Source: a bacterium (GTDB lineage Bacteria; Bacillota_I; Bacilli_A; RFN20; CAG-288). From it: a stretch of 64,000 nucleotides of DNA. Below, piece after piece: positions 1-8,680 of the stretch (positions are counted from its first letter, which is position 1; each line of letters opens with the position of its first letter). The DNA is taken from assembly GCA_963621825.1 (NCBI GenBank), contig CAVFFP010000002.1, positions 80,816 through 144,815 of the forward strand, given 5' to 3'. The notes under the pieces were generated by a model, which was not told the origin of the DNA, searched no databases, and saw only the letters and a program-made list of their open reading frames with translations. A program made the translations under genes and the position numbers.

Positions 1-261
1 ACGAAGGGATACTTCTCTGATATCTTCTCTGAATGAGCAGAGATTCATCGTATAAGGCATATGGGCAACTAATGGAAAGAAGGATTCTTCCTCTAATCTT
101 TTTTTCAAAGCATCAACATCCGAAAGAGAATAGCTCTTCTCTTTATAAGAGCGTGGATTCCGTGTAAAAAAGGCAAACGTATTTCCGCCCAATTCCTTTT
201 CCTTCTCTAGCATCCCCTTATATCCTAAAGAGATAGAGACATGGTTACCGATTGCAATCAT
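1..261 (-). CDS. nfo: Endonuclease IV (Nfo), N-terminal part; C-terminus truncated by the window edge
   Basis: Reverse-strand translation from ATG at 261-259 gives MIAIGNHVSISLGYKGMLEKEKELGGNTFAFFTRNPRSYKEKSY...FPLVAHMPYTMNL. This resembles the Nfo N-terminus (IGSHVS...GATTF...HAPYIIN). RBS aggaggg 4-10 nt upstream of the ATG. Absent from the ORF track because it runs off the edge. Confidence 0.6.
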   Translation of the reverse strand, partial: MIAIGNHVSISLGYKGMLEKEKELGGNTFAFFTRNPRSYKEKSYSLSDVDALKKRLEEESFFPLVAHMPYTMNLCSFREDIREVSLR

Positions 262-283
262 ATACCCTCCTAATAATAAAATC

Positions 284-307
284 AGGAAGAGTATAACCTC
301 TTCCTGA
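284..307 (-). terminator. Hairpin caggaagag-tataacc-tcttcctg followed on the minus strand by a T-rich run; candidate terminator of the SDR gene
   Basis: 9-bp perfect stem read directly; minus-strand reading continues attttattatt. Confidence 0.45.
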
Positions 308-327
308 CTGTTTCTGCTGAAATATGC

Positions 328-1128
328 TTAAGGACGAAGTCCTAATCCACCTTCTAATGTGAGAGTCTCACCGGTAAGATATTTGAAATCCGGAGTAGAG
401 AGCATGACACAGACTCTTCCGATTTCGGTCTCCGAATCTCCAAAGTGTCCCATCGGCGGAACATGGACATTGGCCTTATAGGCTTCCGGATATGCTTTCT
501 CGAAGTTCTCAAGCTGACTTGTCCATGCAAGAGGGCAGATGACATTGACATTGATTCCGTCCTTTGCCCACTCTGTCGCAGCAACTCTGGATAATCCGCG
601 AATACCTTCCTTAGCAGCAGCGTAGGAGCACTGACCATAGTTACCAAATAAACCTGCTCCGCTAGCAAAGTTGATGACGCTTCCCTTCTTCTCCTTCAGA
701 TAAGGATAGCATGCCTTCATGTAGTAGAAGGCCGCATATAATCCAGAATAGAGAGCGAGATTGAACTGCTCCGTTGTCTGTGTGGCAAGCGGAACACCGG
801 ATGCACTAGCCTGTGCGTTATTGATGAGGACGTCAATTCCTCCGAATGTCTCCACGGCTTTCTTAACGACATCATTCACCATCTTCTCATTATCATTCTT
901 CTCGCTGACATCAGCCTGAAGAGTAAGAACCATGACATGATACTTTCTTTCTAGTTCTTCCTTAGCGGCATTGAGCTTTTCGACATTTCTTCCTGTGATG
1001 ACTAAATTTGCACCTTCTTTTGCAAAGGCGGTTGCAATTCCATATCCGATGGAACCGCATCTGCCATCGCTTAAAACTGCTCTTCCTGCACCTGTGATCA
1101 GAATCGTCTTCCCTTTGAACAAATCCAT
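328..1128 (-). CDS. Short-chain dehydrogenase/reductase (SDR) family oxidoreductase
   Basis: N-terminal TGAGRAVLSDGRCGSIGYGIA Rossmann glycine motif, NNAQ, and the catalytic YAAAK (YxxxK) motif. Confidence 0.85.
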   Translation of the reverse strand: MDLFKGKTILITGAGRAVLSDGRCGSIGYGIATAFAKEGANLVITGRNVEKLNAAKEELERKYHVMVLTLQADVSEKNDNEKMVNDVVKKAVETFGGIDVLINNAQASASGVPLATQTTEQFNLALYSGLYAAFYYMKACYPYLKEKKGSVINFASGAGLFGNYGQCSYAAAKEGIRGLSRVAATEWAKDGINVNVICPLAWTSQLENFEKAYPEAYKANVHVPPMGHFGDSETEIGRVCVMLSTPDFKYLTGETLTLEGGLGLRP

Positions 1129-1231
1129 AGTCTGTTTCTCCTTGTTAGGAAAATTATAATGGATTGCTTTACACTTGTCACGAAAAGAAAATCACCTTCC
1201 ATATGGAGTAAGCATACAGAAGGCGATCAGT

Positions 1232-2545
1232 TTACTTTGCGTTTGCTTTTTCTAAGTCCTTGATGGTGATGTTCTCATTATGGACAATCGGTGTCCACTG
1301 GACATCTTTCTTAAATAAGGCGATAAAGGAGAGAGGAATGAACATGGAAACAAAGAAGGGGAAGACAAGAACAGAGGCTACTTTCTTTGTCCACTTGGCA
1401 CGGATATGTTTTCCGTATTTGATCATCGTGACAATAGCGTGGATATATGCAATACCGAATAAGGAGACAAGTTCGATTGCTGTAGCAGTCAGTGTCAAAG
1501 CTCTGAAAGCATCCAATGTCTCCATACCCATAGAATAGAACATGCTATGCAGACAAATATTGATGATGAACCATGCAGTAGCAATGATCGGGAACGGACA
1601 GACATGGACGAACATTTCAAAGGAAGAAAGACGGCTTGTGAATTTTCTCTTCTTGAATCCGAAGGTGTTCTTCAATAAGTCTTTTCCATATAAAGCGAAG
1701 CACTGATGACAGCCTTTGGACCAACGGAACCTCTGTTTATCTGAGACACGGAATTTATTCGGCTGTTCATCATAGAAGACAGCTTCCTGGTTGTATCCGA
1801 TCTTGATGTTATTCTTGGCACAGTAGCAGGAGAACTCGATATCCTCAGTCAAGGTGTTGAAGTTCCATCCGCCTAACTCTTTGATGATACGGGAAGAGAT
1901 GAAGTATCCTGTACCAGAGATGAAGGTAGAGAGATTAAGATTCTGTCTGGAATGATGGACTAAGAGACATTCACGGTAGAAGATAAGAGAAGAGGAAGCG
2001 GAAGCAAGAGTAGAATCGAAGTTTTTGGAATCACGGAAGGAGGTAGATACCTCATAGCCGGAATCAAAGACATCATTCATATGACTGAGATAGTCTTTGG
2101 AAAGAATATTGTCCGCATCGAAGACAAAGTATGCTTCGATATCATCATATTCTTTCTCCTGGATAATCTTTTTGATCATGTAGTCCATCGCATAGCTCTT
2201 TCCCTTATGAAGGGCGTCTTTTCTTTCGAAGACAATAGCTCCATGTTCTCTTGCGATATCAGCGGTACGGTCTGTGGAGTTATCAGCAACAACGAAGACC
2301 TGAATGAGTTCACGAGGATAATCCTGAGCATAGATGCTGTCGATCAAGTTTCCGATGACGATCTCTTCATTTCTTGCAGCGATCATGAAGCCGTACTTAT
2401 GAAGCTTCTTTGCTTTCTTGAACTTCTTATGCTTTGTGAATGTTCCGACTAATAAGTGAACATTCTGCATGAAGTATACAAGCAGGAATACGATTCCTAA
2501 TATAAGATTGATATAAAATAATATTGTCGGTGCTAAATCTGTCAT
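1232..2545 (-). CDS. Family 2 glycosyltransferase, membrane-embedded (PgaC/IcaA/HasA-like processive type)
   Basis: N-terminal TM helix. GT2 core (VVADNSTDRT, FDADN, QRFRWSKG i.e. QxxRW) followed by several C-terminal TM helices. Confidence 0.8.
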   Translation of the reverse strand: MTDLAPTILFYINLILGIVFLLVYFMQNVHLLVGTFTKHKKFKKAKKLHKYGFMIAARNEEIVIGNLIDSIYAQDYPRELIQVFVVADNSTDRTADIAREHGAIVFERKDALHKGKSYAMDYMIKKIIQEKEYDDIEAYFVFDADNILSKDYLSHMNDVFDSGYEVSTSFRDSKNFDSTLASASSSLIFYRECLLVHHSRQNLNLSTFISGTGYFISSRIIKELGGWNFNTLTEDIEFSCYCAKNNIKIGYNQEAVFYDEQPNKFRVSDKQRFRWSKGCHQCFALYGKDLLKNTFGFKKRKFTSRLSSFEMFVHVCPFPIIATAWFIINICLHSMFYSMGMETLDAFRALTLTATAIELVSLFGIAYIHAIVTMIKYGKHIRAKWTKKVASVLVFPFFVSMFIPLSFIALFKKDVQWTPIVHNENITIKDLEKANAK

Positions 2546-2817
2546 ATCTAATTTTTACCTTAGTGTTGAATTTTCAAACCTTTCTATTGTAATACAACAC
2601 CCAAGAATCAAAAATATGTTAACGCTTCCCATAAAAGCGCTTTACCAGAAAAACAACTTGATAAGATAGGGGCGTGCATTCGTAAAAATCAGACAAAAAC
2701 ACACTAGCTGTACAAAATCGCACGACCATTATTCCGCATTCAATCGAGTCAGCGAGTCTTCTTTCCTGCTTTCCTCGCTTTGAAAAAAGACATTGAAGAA
2801 CTCAAAGACTTATGTTA

Positions 2818-2856
2818 TGTACCTTTTTTCAATGTGTCATTGACAAAGGGTACACA
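2818..2856. repeat. 39-bp imperfect palindromic element (copy 1) upstream of the DUF4143 ATPase gene
   Basis: tgtaccttttttcaatg-tgt-cattgacaaagggtaca; the 17-nt arms are reverse complements of each other at 15 of 17 positions. A near-identical copy lies at 4367-4405. Confidence 0.6.
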
Positions 2857-2871
2857 TTATATCGATAGTCC

Positions 2872-2981
2872 ACTCGACAAAAATCAAAGACTTTGAGAAA
2901 AATCGAATTATATTCACTTAATATAAGAATGATGGTATAATCTACTCGACAAAAAACAAAGACTTTAAAAAAAATCGAGTG
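2872..2981 (+). promoter_or_regulatory. Two 38-bp direct repeats (33 of 38 identical), each with terminal 6-bp inverted ends, flanking an extended -10 box; candidate operator pair and promoter of the ATPase gene
   Basis: Repeat A at 2872-2909 is actcgacaaaaatcaaagactttgagaaaaatcgaatt. Repeat B at 2944-2981 is actcgacaaaaaacaaagactttaaaaaaaatcgagtg. tggtataat (TGnTATAAT) sits at 2932-2940 between them. Repeat B lies between the -10 and the RBS gaggtga. Confidence 0.5.
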
Positions 2982-2991
2982 AGGTGACACT

Positions 2992-4320
2992 ATGGAGTTC
3001 CAAAGAAACAAATACATAGAAGAATTATTGGACAAAAAGAATAATTCATTGATCAAAGTCATTACCGGTGCAAGAAGAAGTGGAAAATCATACCTGATGA
3101 ATACTATTTTCTATCGAAAGTTATTATCTTTAGGTGTCCCAGAAAGTTCTATTATCCGTTTTTCGTTTGACAACGACGAAGACATTGATAAATTAGAAAA
3201 ATACTACCCGGATGAACCTACCAAGATAAAGACTAAGAATGATTTATATACCGTAAACTCTAAAAAGTTCAGAGCCTATATCAAAGATATTCTAACTGAC
3301 AACACAGATTATTATCTGCTTCTTGATGAAATACAGATTCTTGATTCGTTTGTCGGAACTTTAAATGGTTTCTTAACCCATGAGAATTATGATGTCTATG
3401 TCACAGGAAGCAATTCACAATTGTTATCTAGTGAAATAGAAACCAAGTTCAGAGGAAGAAAATCTTCCATCCATGTCTTACCTCTTTCCTTCTCGGAGTT
3501 CATGACAGGCTTTGATATGAACGCTACAGAAGCTTGGAAAACCTATCTCGTCACGGGTGGAATACCAATTGTATATAAACAATCCCCAAAAGATAGGCAA
3601 TCTTTCCTTTCAGAAATAGCTTATGAAGTCTATTTAAAAGACATCATCGGAAGAAAAAATGTAAAGAATGTAGACACTTTGAAAGAGCTGTTTTCGGTTT
3701 TAGCCTCTTCCATTGGAAGTCCCACAAGTCCAACCAAACTTGAAAGAACATTCAAATCGATCAAAAGCGTAAAAATAGCGAATGATACTATCAACAATTA
3801 CATCGATGATTTTCAAGATGCTTTTGTAATTTCAAAGGCACTCAAATATGATATTAAAGGGAAAGCATATATCAACACACCATATAAAGTATATTTTGAG
3901 GATATCGGTGTCAGAAACGCAGTCACTGATTATAGACAGATTGAAGAGACCCATCTGATGGAGAATGTCATATATAACGAGTTACGATATAGAAACTTCC
4001 AGGTACATATCGGAGAAATCGACATTAATGAGGCAAGTGACAGGCTAGACAAGAACGGAAAGAAAATCTACGTGAAGAAATCGTTGGAAGTAGATTTTGT
4101 CGCCACAAACGGAGATAAAAAATACTATATTCAGTCTTGTCTGAACATCAACGATACCGAGACTCTAATCCGTGAAAAGAAAAGTCTAAGCTATATCGGT
4201 GACTCATTTAAAAAGATTATCATCACAAAAGATTCTCTCCCCGTCAGAAGAGATGAATCCGGATTTATGATTATCGATTTATTTGACTTCCTATTGAATT
4301 ACGATTCTCTCGATTTTTAG
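2992..4320 (+). CDS. AAA+ ATPase of the DUF4143 / COG1373 family (paralog 1)
   Basis: Walker A ITGARRSGKSYLMNT and Walker B LLLDEIQ. The C-terminal region is typical of DUF4143. Confidence 0.85.
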   Translation: MEFQRNKYIEELLDKKNNSLIKVITGARRSGKSYLMNTIFYRKLLSLGVPESSIIRFSFDNDEDIDKLEKYYPDEPTKIKTKNDLYTVNSKKFRAYIKDILTDNTDYYLLLDEIQILDSFVGTLNGFLTHENYDVYVTGSNSQLLSSEIETKFRGRKSSIHVLPLSFSEFMTGFDMNATEAWKTYLVTGGIPIVYKQSPKDRQSFLSEIAYEVYLKDIIGRKNVKNVDTLKELFSVLASSIGSPTSPTKLERTFKSIKSVKIANDTINNYIDDFQDAFVISKALKYDIKGKAYINTPYKVYFEDIGVRNAVTDYRQIEETHLMENVIYNELRYRNFQVHIGEIDINEASDRLDKNGKKIYVKKSLEVDFVATNGDKKYYIQSCLNINDTETLIREKKSLSYIGDSFKKIIITKDSLPVRRDESGFMIIDLFDFLLNYDSLDF

Positions 4321-4366
4321 CATCGGATTTCAGCACAGAAACAAATAACGAAACACTATCTTAATG

Positions 4367-4405
4367 TGTACCTTTTTTCATTGTGTCCTTAACAAAGGGT
4401 ACACA
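4367..4405. repeat. 39-bp imperfect palindromic element (copy 2) downstream of the DUF4143 ATPase gene
   Basis: tgtaccttttttcattgtgtccttaacaaagggtacaca; about 35 of 39 identical to copy 1 and in the same orientation. Confidence 0.6.
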
Positions 4406-4539
4406 TAATTCCAAAGCATCCCGCTCTGATTTCTGTGCAACTGTGAGCACATTCATGAATATCGATGCCATTAAAAAGCTCTTTTAAATTGAAATTAGGA
4501 CATTGTAATGTTATAGTTTTGATTAAAAGGAGGCCTACA

Positions 4540-5223
4540 ATGGAAAAGCGATTCATTATCTATCATGGTTCTAGCAACATTATTGAAAGTCCTATGTTCG
4601 GATACGGAAATCCGAAAAACGATTACGGGCTTGGCTTTTATTGCACTGAAAACATCGATCTTGCAAAAGAGTGGGGTGTGACTGACTTAACAGATGGTTA
4701 CGCAAACAAGTATGAGCTAGACACAAACGGACTTACCTGTCTTGATTTATCTGATTCCAAATACAACATCCTTCATTGGATAACCATACTTTTAACGAAT
4801 CGAGTTTTCACACTGAAAAGCGATATCAGCAAAGTCGGAAGAAAATATCTGATAGACAACTTTTCTATTCCTTATGAAGATTATGACATCATCCTCGGTT
4901 ATCGTGCGGATGATTCCTACTTTTCCTATGCTGAATCCTTTTTGAATAATACGATTTCATGTCAAAGACTGGCAGAAGCACTTAAGTTTGGTAATCTTGG
5001 GGAACAGATTGTCCTCAAGAGTCAGAAAGCATTTGACAGTCTTAAATTCATCGGATATGAAATAGCTACTGCTGATATTTACTATCCGCTACGCAAGCAA
5101 AGAAACGAAAAAGCAAGATTGGAGTTTTTATCGGATAAAAGAGGAACATTCAATCCAAACGCCTTGTATCTGATTGAAATCATAAAGGGAGGAATCAAAG
5201 ACAATGATCCACGCATACGATGA
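4540..5223 (+). CDS. DUF3990-family protein
   Basis: MEKRFIIYHGSSNIIESPMFGYG... N-terminus. RBS aaaggagg 7 nt upstream of the ATG at 4540; the ORF-track start at 4465 lacks an RBS. The 3' end overlaps the next gene by 20 nt. Confidence 0.65.
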   Translation: MEKRFIIYHGSSNIIESPMFGYGNPKNDYGLGFYCTENIDLAKEWGVTDLTDGYANKYELDTNGLTCLDLSDSKYNILHWITILLTNRVFTLKSDISKVGRKYLIDNFSIPYEDYDIILGYRADDSYFSYAESFLNNTISCQRLAEALKFGNLGEQIVLKSQKAFDSLKFIGYEIATADIYYPLRKQRNEKARLEFLSDKRGTFNPNALYLIEIIKGGIKDNDPRIR

Positions 5224-5815
5224 GTATTATCTCGATATGGTTCAGAATAAACTTGCATCCATGTTTGAACTGTCTGTATTCCATGAAAAAATGACGGTTG
5301 ATGAATTCGCAAAAAAGTTTATCAATAGTCCGATCAGCAATGCTTTTGAAAAAGGAGACCCTATTTATATTGCTGGAAAATCCGCAAATGAGTTATTAGG
5401 TCTTGTACTGAATAAACAACCAGAAGAAACAGAGCAGAACATGTTCGCTTCGCCCGAATATTGGGTAGGATGGGTTCTTGCCTATACTCAGTGGTACACC
5501 TGTAAATCCTTCGCTGAAATCATCAATGCATATCCGTGCAGCAAGCTGCTTCTTAATTATTTTCCATACCATGAAATGGATATAACAGAAACTGTTCAAC
5601 TGATTCAAAAGCAGTTTCCAGAAGAATGTGCACTGAAGCAATGGCGAAAGAAAAGAAATCTAAGCCAATCCGAATTAGCAAAAATCAGCCATGTCTCATT
5701 AAGAGTGATAAAGGCTTATGAACAAGGAAAACTAGATATATCGAAAGCGCAAGGAGATACATTATATAAGCTTGCTAAGACACTGGACTGCACTATAGAA
5801 GACTTAATGAAGTGA
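5204..5815 (+). CDS. DUF3791-family protein with C-terminal XRE-type helix-turn-helix
   Basis: DUF3791-like N-terminus. The C-terminus QWRKKRNLSQSELAKISHVSLRVIKAYEQGK is a canonical XRE HTH. Translationally coupled to the DUF3990 gene. Confidence 0.65.
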   Translation: MIHAYDEYYLDMVQNKLASMFELSVFHEKMTVDEFAKKFINSPISNAFEKGDPIYIAGKSANELLGLVLNKQPEETEQNMFASPEYWVGWVLAYTQWYTCKSFAEIINAYPCSKLLLNYFPYHEMDITETVQLIQKQFPEECALKQWRKKRNLSQSELAKISHVSLRVIKAYEQGKLDISKAQGDTLYKLAKTLDCTIEDLMK

Positions 5816-5879
5816 CATTAAGGTTTCTGTCATTATCCACTCCGGTGTGTTCAAAAAAACGCCTATTTACAACAAAAAA

Positions 5880-5903
5880 GGTCTGACACATTTGCGTCAG
5901 ACC
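5880..5903 (-). terminator. Rho-independent terminator downstream of tRNA-Ser
   Basis: ggtctgac-acatttgc-gtcagacc hairpin, followed on the minus strand by a 6-nt T run (plus-strand A run at 5874-5879). Confidence 0.6.
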
Positions 5904-5915
5904 TATTCTTGCTAA

Positions 5916-6006
5916 TGGCGGAGCGAAAGAGATTTGAACTCTTGCACGGTTTTACCCGTCTATGAGCTTTCCAAGCCCACCTCTTCAGCCTCTTGAGTAT
6001 CGCTCC
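5916..6006 (-). tRNA. tRNA-Ser (anticodon GGA), long variable arm, encoded CCA
   Basis: Reverse complement reads GGAGCGATACTCAAGAGGCTGAAGAGGTGGGCTTGGAAAGCTCATAGACGGGTAAAACCGTGCAAGAGTTCAAATCTCTTTCGCTCCGCCA. This gives a 7-bp acceptor stem, the anticodon loop TTGGAAA, a long extra arm, the T-arm GTTCAAATC, and CCA. Confidence 0.85.
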
Positions 6007-6036
6007 AAATGCTTCCCGTTTTTAACGGCAAGTTAT

Positions 6037-6064
6037 ATTCTATAAAATTTTAAAATTTTGTCAA
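6037..6064 (-). promoter_or_regulatory. Sigma-A-like promoter for tRNA-Ser (TTGACA - 16 nt - TAGAAT)
   Basis: Minus strand reads cttgacaaaattttaaaattttatagaatat, immediately upstream of the tRNA 5' end. Confidence 0.4.
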
Positions 6065-6117
6065 GAAAAATTCACGCCATATCGAAAATAACCTCTTTAA
6101 AATGCTATAATCCTAGT

Positions 6118-7092
6118 ATGATTTACACAATAACTGATAAAGATTGCAATCAACGCATCGACAAATTCCTAAAGAGGATGTTAAAAGACGCTCCTGTCTC
6201 CTTCCTCTACAAAATGTTCCGCCAGAAGGATGTCAAAGTAAACGGAAAGAAGGCAAGCATCGACTATATCCTGAAACAGGGTGATGTCGTAGATATCTAT
6301 CTGAAAGAGGAACTTCTCAACCAATTCCATAAGGAAGCACTCCTTCGCCCTGTGAAGGCTGATTTCCCAATTATCTACGAGGATGATAACATCCTTGTCA
6401 TCGATAAGCCGAAAGGACTTTTAGTCCACGGCGATGAAGGAGAGAAGAGAATCACATTGCAGAACATGGTTCTGAACTATCTGAAGGACAAAAGAGAATG
6501 GGATCCCGACTCTCTTACCGGATTCATACCCTCTCCTGCCCATAGACTTGACAGAAACACTTCTGGCATCGTCATCTTCGGAAAGAATCTTCCCGCTCTT
6601 CAACAACTTCTCACTCTTTTCCGTGAAAGAACACAGATTGAAAAGAGATACACGCTTTTAGTCCGCGGTTTCACATCAGACAGAGGAGAGATCAACTATC
6701 CTCTCATCAAGGACAGCGACAAGAAGATGGTCAAAGTCGGAACGCTCCAGAAAGGTGCGAAGCCTGCCTTGACCCGTTTCCACAGACTGAAATCCTACGC
6801 CTGCGGATTCTCGCTCGTCGAAGCGGAATTACTCACCGGAAGAACACATCAGCTCCGTGTCCACTTCGCGGCAATTGGACATCCGATTGTCGGAGACAGC
6901 AAATACGGAGATTTCAAAGTCAACGATAACTTCGAGAGGATGTACGGGCTGAAGAATCAGTTCCTCCATGCCTCCTATTTCAAATTTGATAAGATTGATG
7001 GCGTCTTATCGTATCTCTCTGGCAAAGAGTTCACCTCTGCTCTTCCTGAGAAGGAGCAGAAAATACTCAGTTCCATCGCAAGGATTCAGTGA
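6118..7092 (+). CDS. RluA-family 23S rRNA pseudouridine synthase (S4 domain plus catalytic domain)
   Basis: HRLDRNTSG catalytic motif. N-terminal S4-like RIDKFLKRML. The ORF-track start at 6058 overlaps the tRNA promoter, so the start at MIYTI is preferred. Confidence 0.8.
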   Translation: MIYTITDKDCNQRIDKFLKRMLKDAPVSFLYKMFRQKDVKVNGKKASIDYILKQGDVVDIYLKEELLNQFHKEALLRPVKADFPIIYEDDNILVIDKPKGLLVHGDEGEKRITLQNMVLNYLKDKREWDPDSLTGFIPSPAHRLDRNTSGIVIFGKNLPALQQLLTLFRERTQIEKRYTLLVRGFTSDRGEINYPLIKDSDKKMVKVGTLQKGAKPALTRFHRLKSYACGFSLVEAELLTGRTHQLRVHFAAIGHPIVGDSKYGDFKVNDNFERMYGLKNQFLHASYFKFDKIDGVLSYLSGKEFTSALPEKEQKILSSIARIQ

Positions 7093-7093
7093 A

Positions 7094-7609
7094 ATGACTC
7101 TTTCGATTCTGCTTTTGCTTTTGCTTCCTCTCTTCCTCATACCTGCATTCTTTCTATCCAAGAATCGATTAGAGCTTTACCTTTTCTGTGCCTTTCCGTC
7201 TCTTGTTCTCGTTCTTCTTCTAGTTTTGATCGATATTTCCTTTCCTAACTATGAAATCAATGAGAAGATCGGAACTGCATTTCTTCCGATGTGGAGATGG
7301 ATCTTTTACGGTTACAAAGAGCTGAATCAGAGTGAGATCATCCATCTATCTGTCTCCTTTACCTATCTCTTCTTCTACTTCCTCTGCTATTTCCTCTTCT
7401 ACATTCCGATGAAGTTTCTCTATATCGGAAGCAATCCGAACATCCATAAGCCGATTAAGACCGTCACTAGAATCTTCAGTGTCCTTCTCTTCTTTTTCTC
7501 CACTTATGGAATGGCGTTTGCCTTTTTAGCATCCATCAGACAGATTCTTCCTTTTCCGGACGGATTCCTGTCATTTCTCTTCAATCTGATTTATCGTATC
7601 GAGGTATAG
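7094..7609 (+). CDS. Hypothetical polytopic membrane protein (about 4-5 TM helices)
   Basis: ATG 1 nt after the rluA-like stop (tgaAatg). Highly hydrophobic: LLLLLLPLFLIPAFF, LVLVLLLVLI, YLFFYFLCYFLFYIP. No recognisable family. Confidence 0.6.
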   Translation: MTLSILLLLLLPLFLIPAFFLSKNRLELYLFCAFPSLVLVLLLVLIDISFPNYEINEKIGTAFLPMWRWIFYGYKELNQSEIIHLSVSFTYLFFYFLCYFLFYIPMKFLYIGSNPNIHKPIKTVTRIFSVLLFFFSTYGMAFAFLASIRQILPFPDGFLSFLFNLIYRIEV

Positions 7610-7610
7610 G

Positions 7611-8678
7611 ATGGAAGACTATCTCAAGTTTTATTTTCTAGCGGAAGAGAGCGGTTGGGACTGCACCAACTATGCTTTCGAGTACCGAGATAGACTGCTC
7701 TCTTCCGGTACCTATCAGGTCATCACCATCAATGTGCTGAGTGCAAAGAACCATTTAGGAGAAAAAGCGCAGCAGATCTGTGAATTATTCTCCTCACTCG
7801 ATAAAGACCCCAAGACATTAAAGGACGTCTTCATTTTAGAGAACACGCTGAATTATCTCGCCTTGCATTCCTTCCCGGAATATTATCTCAATCCCTTTGC
7901 CATCAACCCGAGATACAGCGGAGATGTCACGACTATCGGAGAGCTCATCTTTGATATCCAAGGGCAGGAAAAGAGTCTGAACGACTGGATTTCAGATGAG
8001 ACTATCCCGTTAGAAGAAAAGAAAGAAGAAATCAACAATCAGTTGGACTATTATCTGAACGACATGAACCAATTGGTCTCCAAATCCATGGATATCGTCA
8101 AAAAACGTGCTTTTTCCAAAGGAGACGACAAAAAAGAAGCCTTTTGGCGCATTGTCGAATACGCATCCTTTGTCCTATTGCATATCTGTCTTTTCCTACT
8201 CATCGTTTATCCTTTTGAGGAGTTCCGTGCCTGTCTCTACTCGAATAATGGCAAAGTCATGTCCTATATCTGGATCCTTTTCCCATTATTTGTCTTACTC
8301 TACGACATCTTTTTCATGCTCTTCCACTGTTACAAGTCCGTCATATCAGAGCCTTACAACTACGCAAGACGATTCTTAAAGAGGAATGTCAACAAAGTAT
8401 ATGAGGATATCCAAAGCAAAAAGGAAGAACTCTACAACTACATCTGCGGTGCTATCAACAATAAGATTCTTCTGAAGAACGATATCAAAGACTTTTCCAA
8501 GCTCTCATCGAGTTATGTCGACATCGAGAAAGTCATCACATCCGATGAGCTGAAGAAGAAAAAGCCTTACCAGATACTGCACTTCCTCCTCTTCGCCTTT
8601 GGAACACTCGCCTATCTTATGGCGGCGTTTTCGATTATCATCTATGTCATAGGAATGGTCTTTCAGACCTCGATTTAA
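7611..8678 (+). CDS. Hypothetical protein with a soluble N-domain and C-terminal TM helices
   Basis: Start 1 nt after the previous stop. TM segments FVLLHICLFLLIVYPF, IWILFPLFVLLYDIFFMLF and ILHFLLFAFGTLAYLMAAFSIIIYVIGMVF. Confidence 0.6.
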   Translation: MEDYLKFYFLAEESGWDCTNYAFEYRDRLLSSGTYQVITINVLSAKNHLGEKAQQICELFSSLDKDPKTLKDVFILENTLNYLALHSFPEYYLNPFAINPRYSGDVTTIGELIFDIQGQEKSLNDWISDETIPLEEKKEEINNQLDYYLNDMNQLVSKSMDIVKKRAFSKGDDKKEAFWRIVEYASFVLLHICLFLLIVYPFEEFRACLYSNNGKVMSYIWILFPLFVLLYDIFFMLFHCYKSVISEPYNYARRFLKRNVNKVYEDIQSKKEELYNYICGAINNKILLKNDIKDFSKLSSSYVDIEKVITSDELKKKKPYQILHFLLFAFGTLAYLMAAFSIIIYVIGMVFQTSI

Positions 8679-8680
8679 TT

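Noticed and set aside
354-668. Overlapping alternate-frame ORFs inside well-supported genes, e.g. 354-668, 1260-1538, 9729-10073, 15176-15412, 16957-17415, 47943-48521, 53914-54483
   Set aside because: Each lies completely within a strongly supported conserved gene on the other strand or frame. None has an RBS or family resemblance. They are typical shadow ORFs.
2818-2856. Considered whether the 39-bp palindromes are plain rho-independent terminators
   Set aside because: Neither copy is followed by a T-tract on either strand. Copy 1 lies upstream of the gene it would have to terminate.
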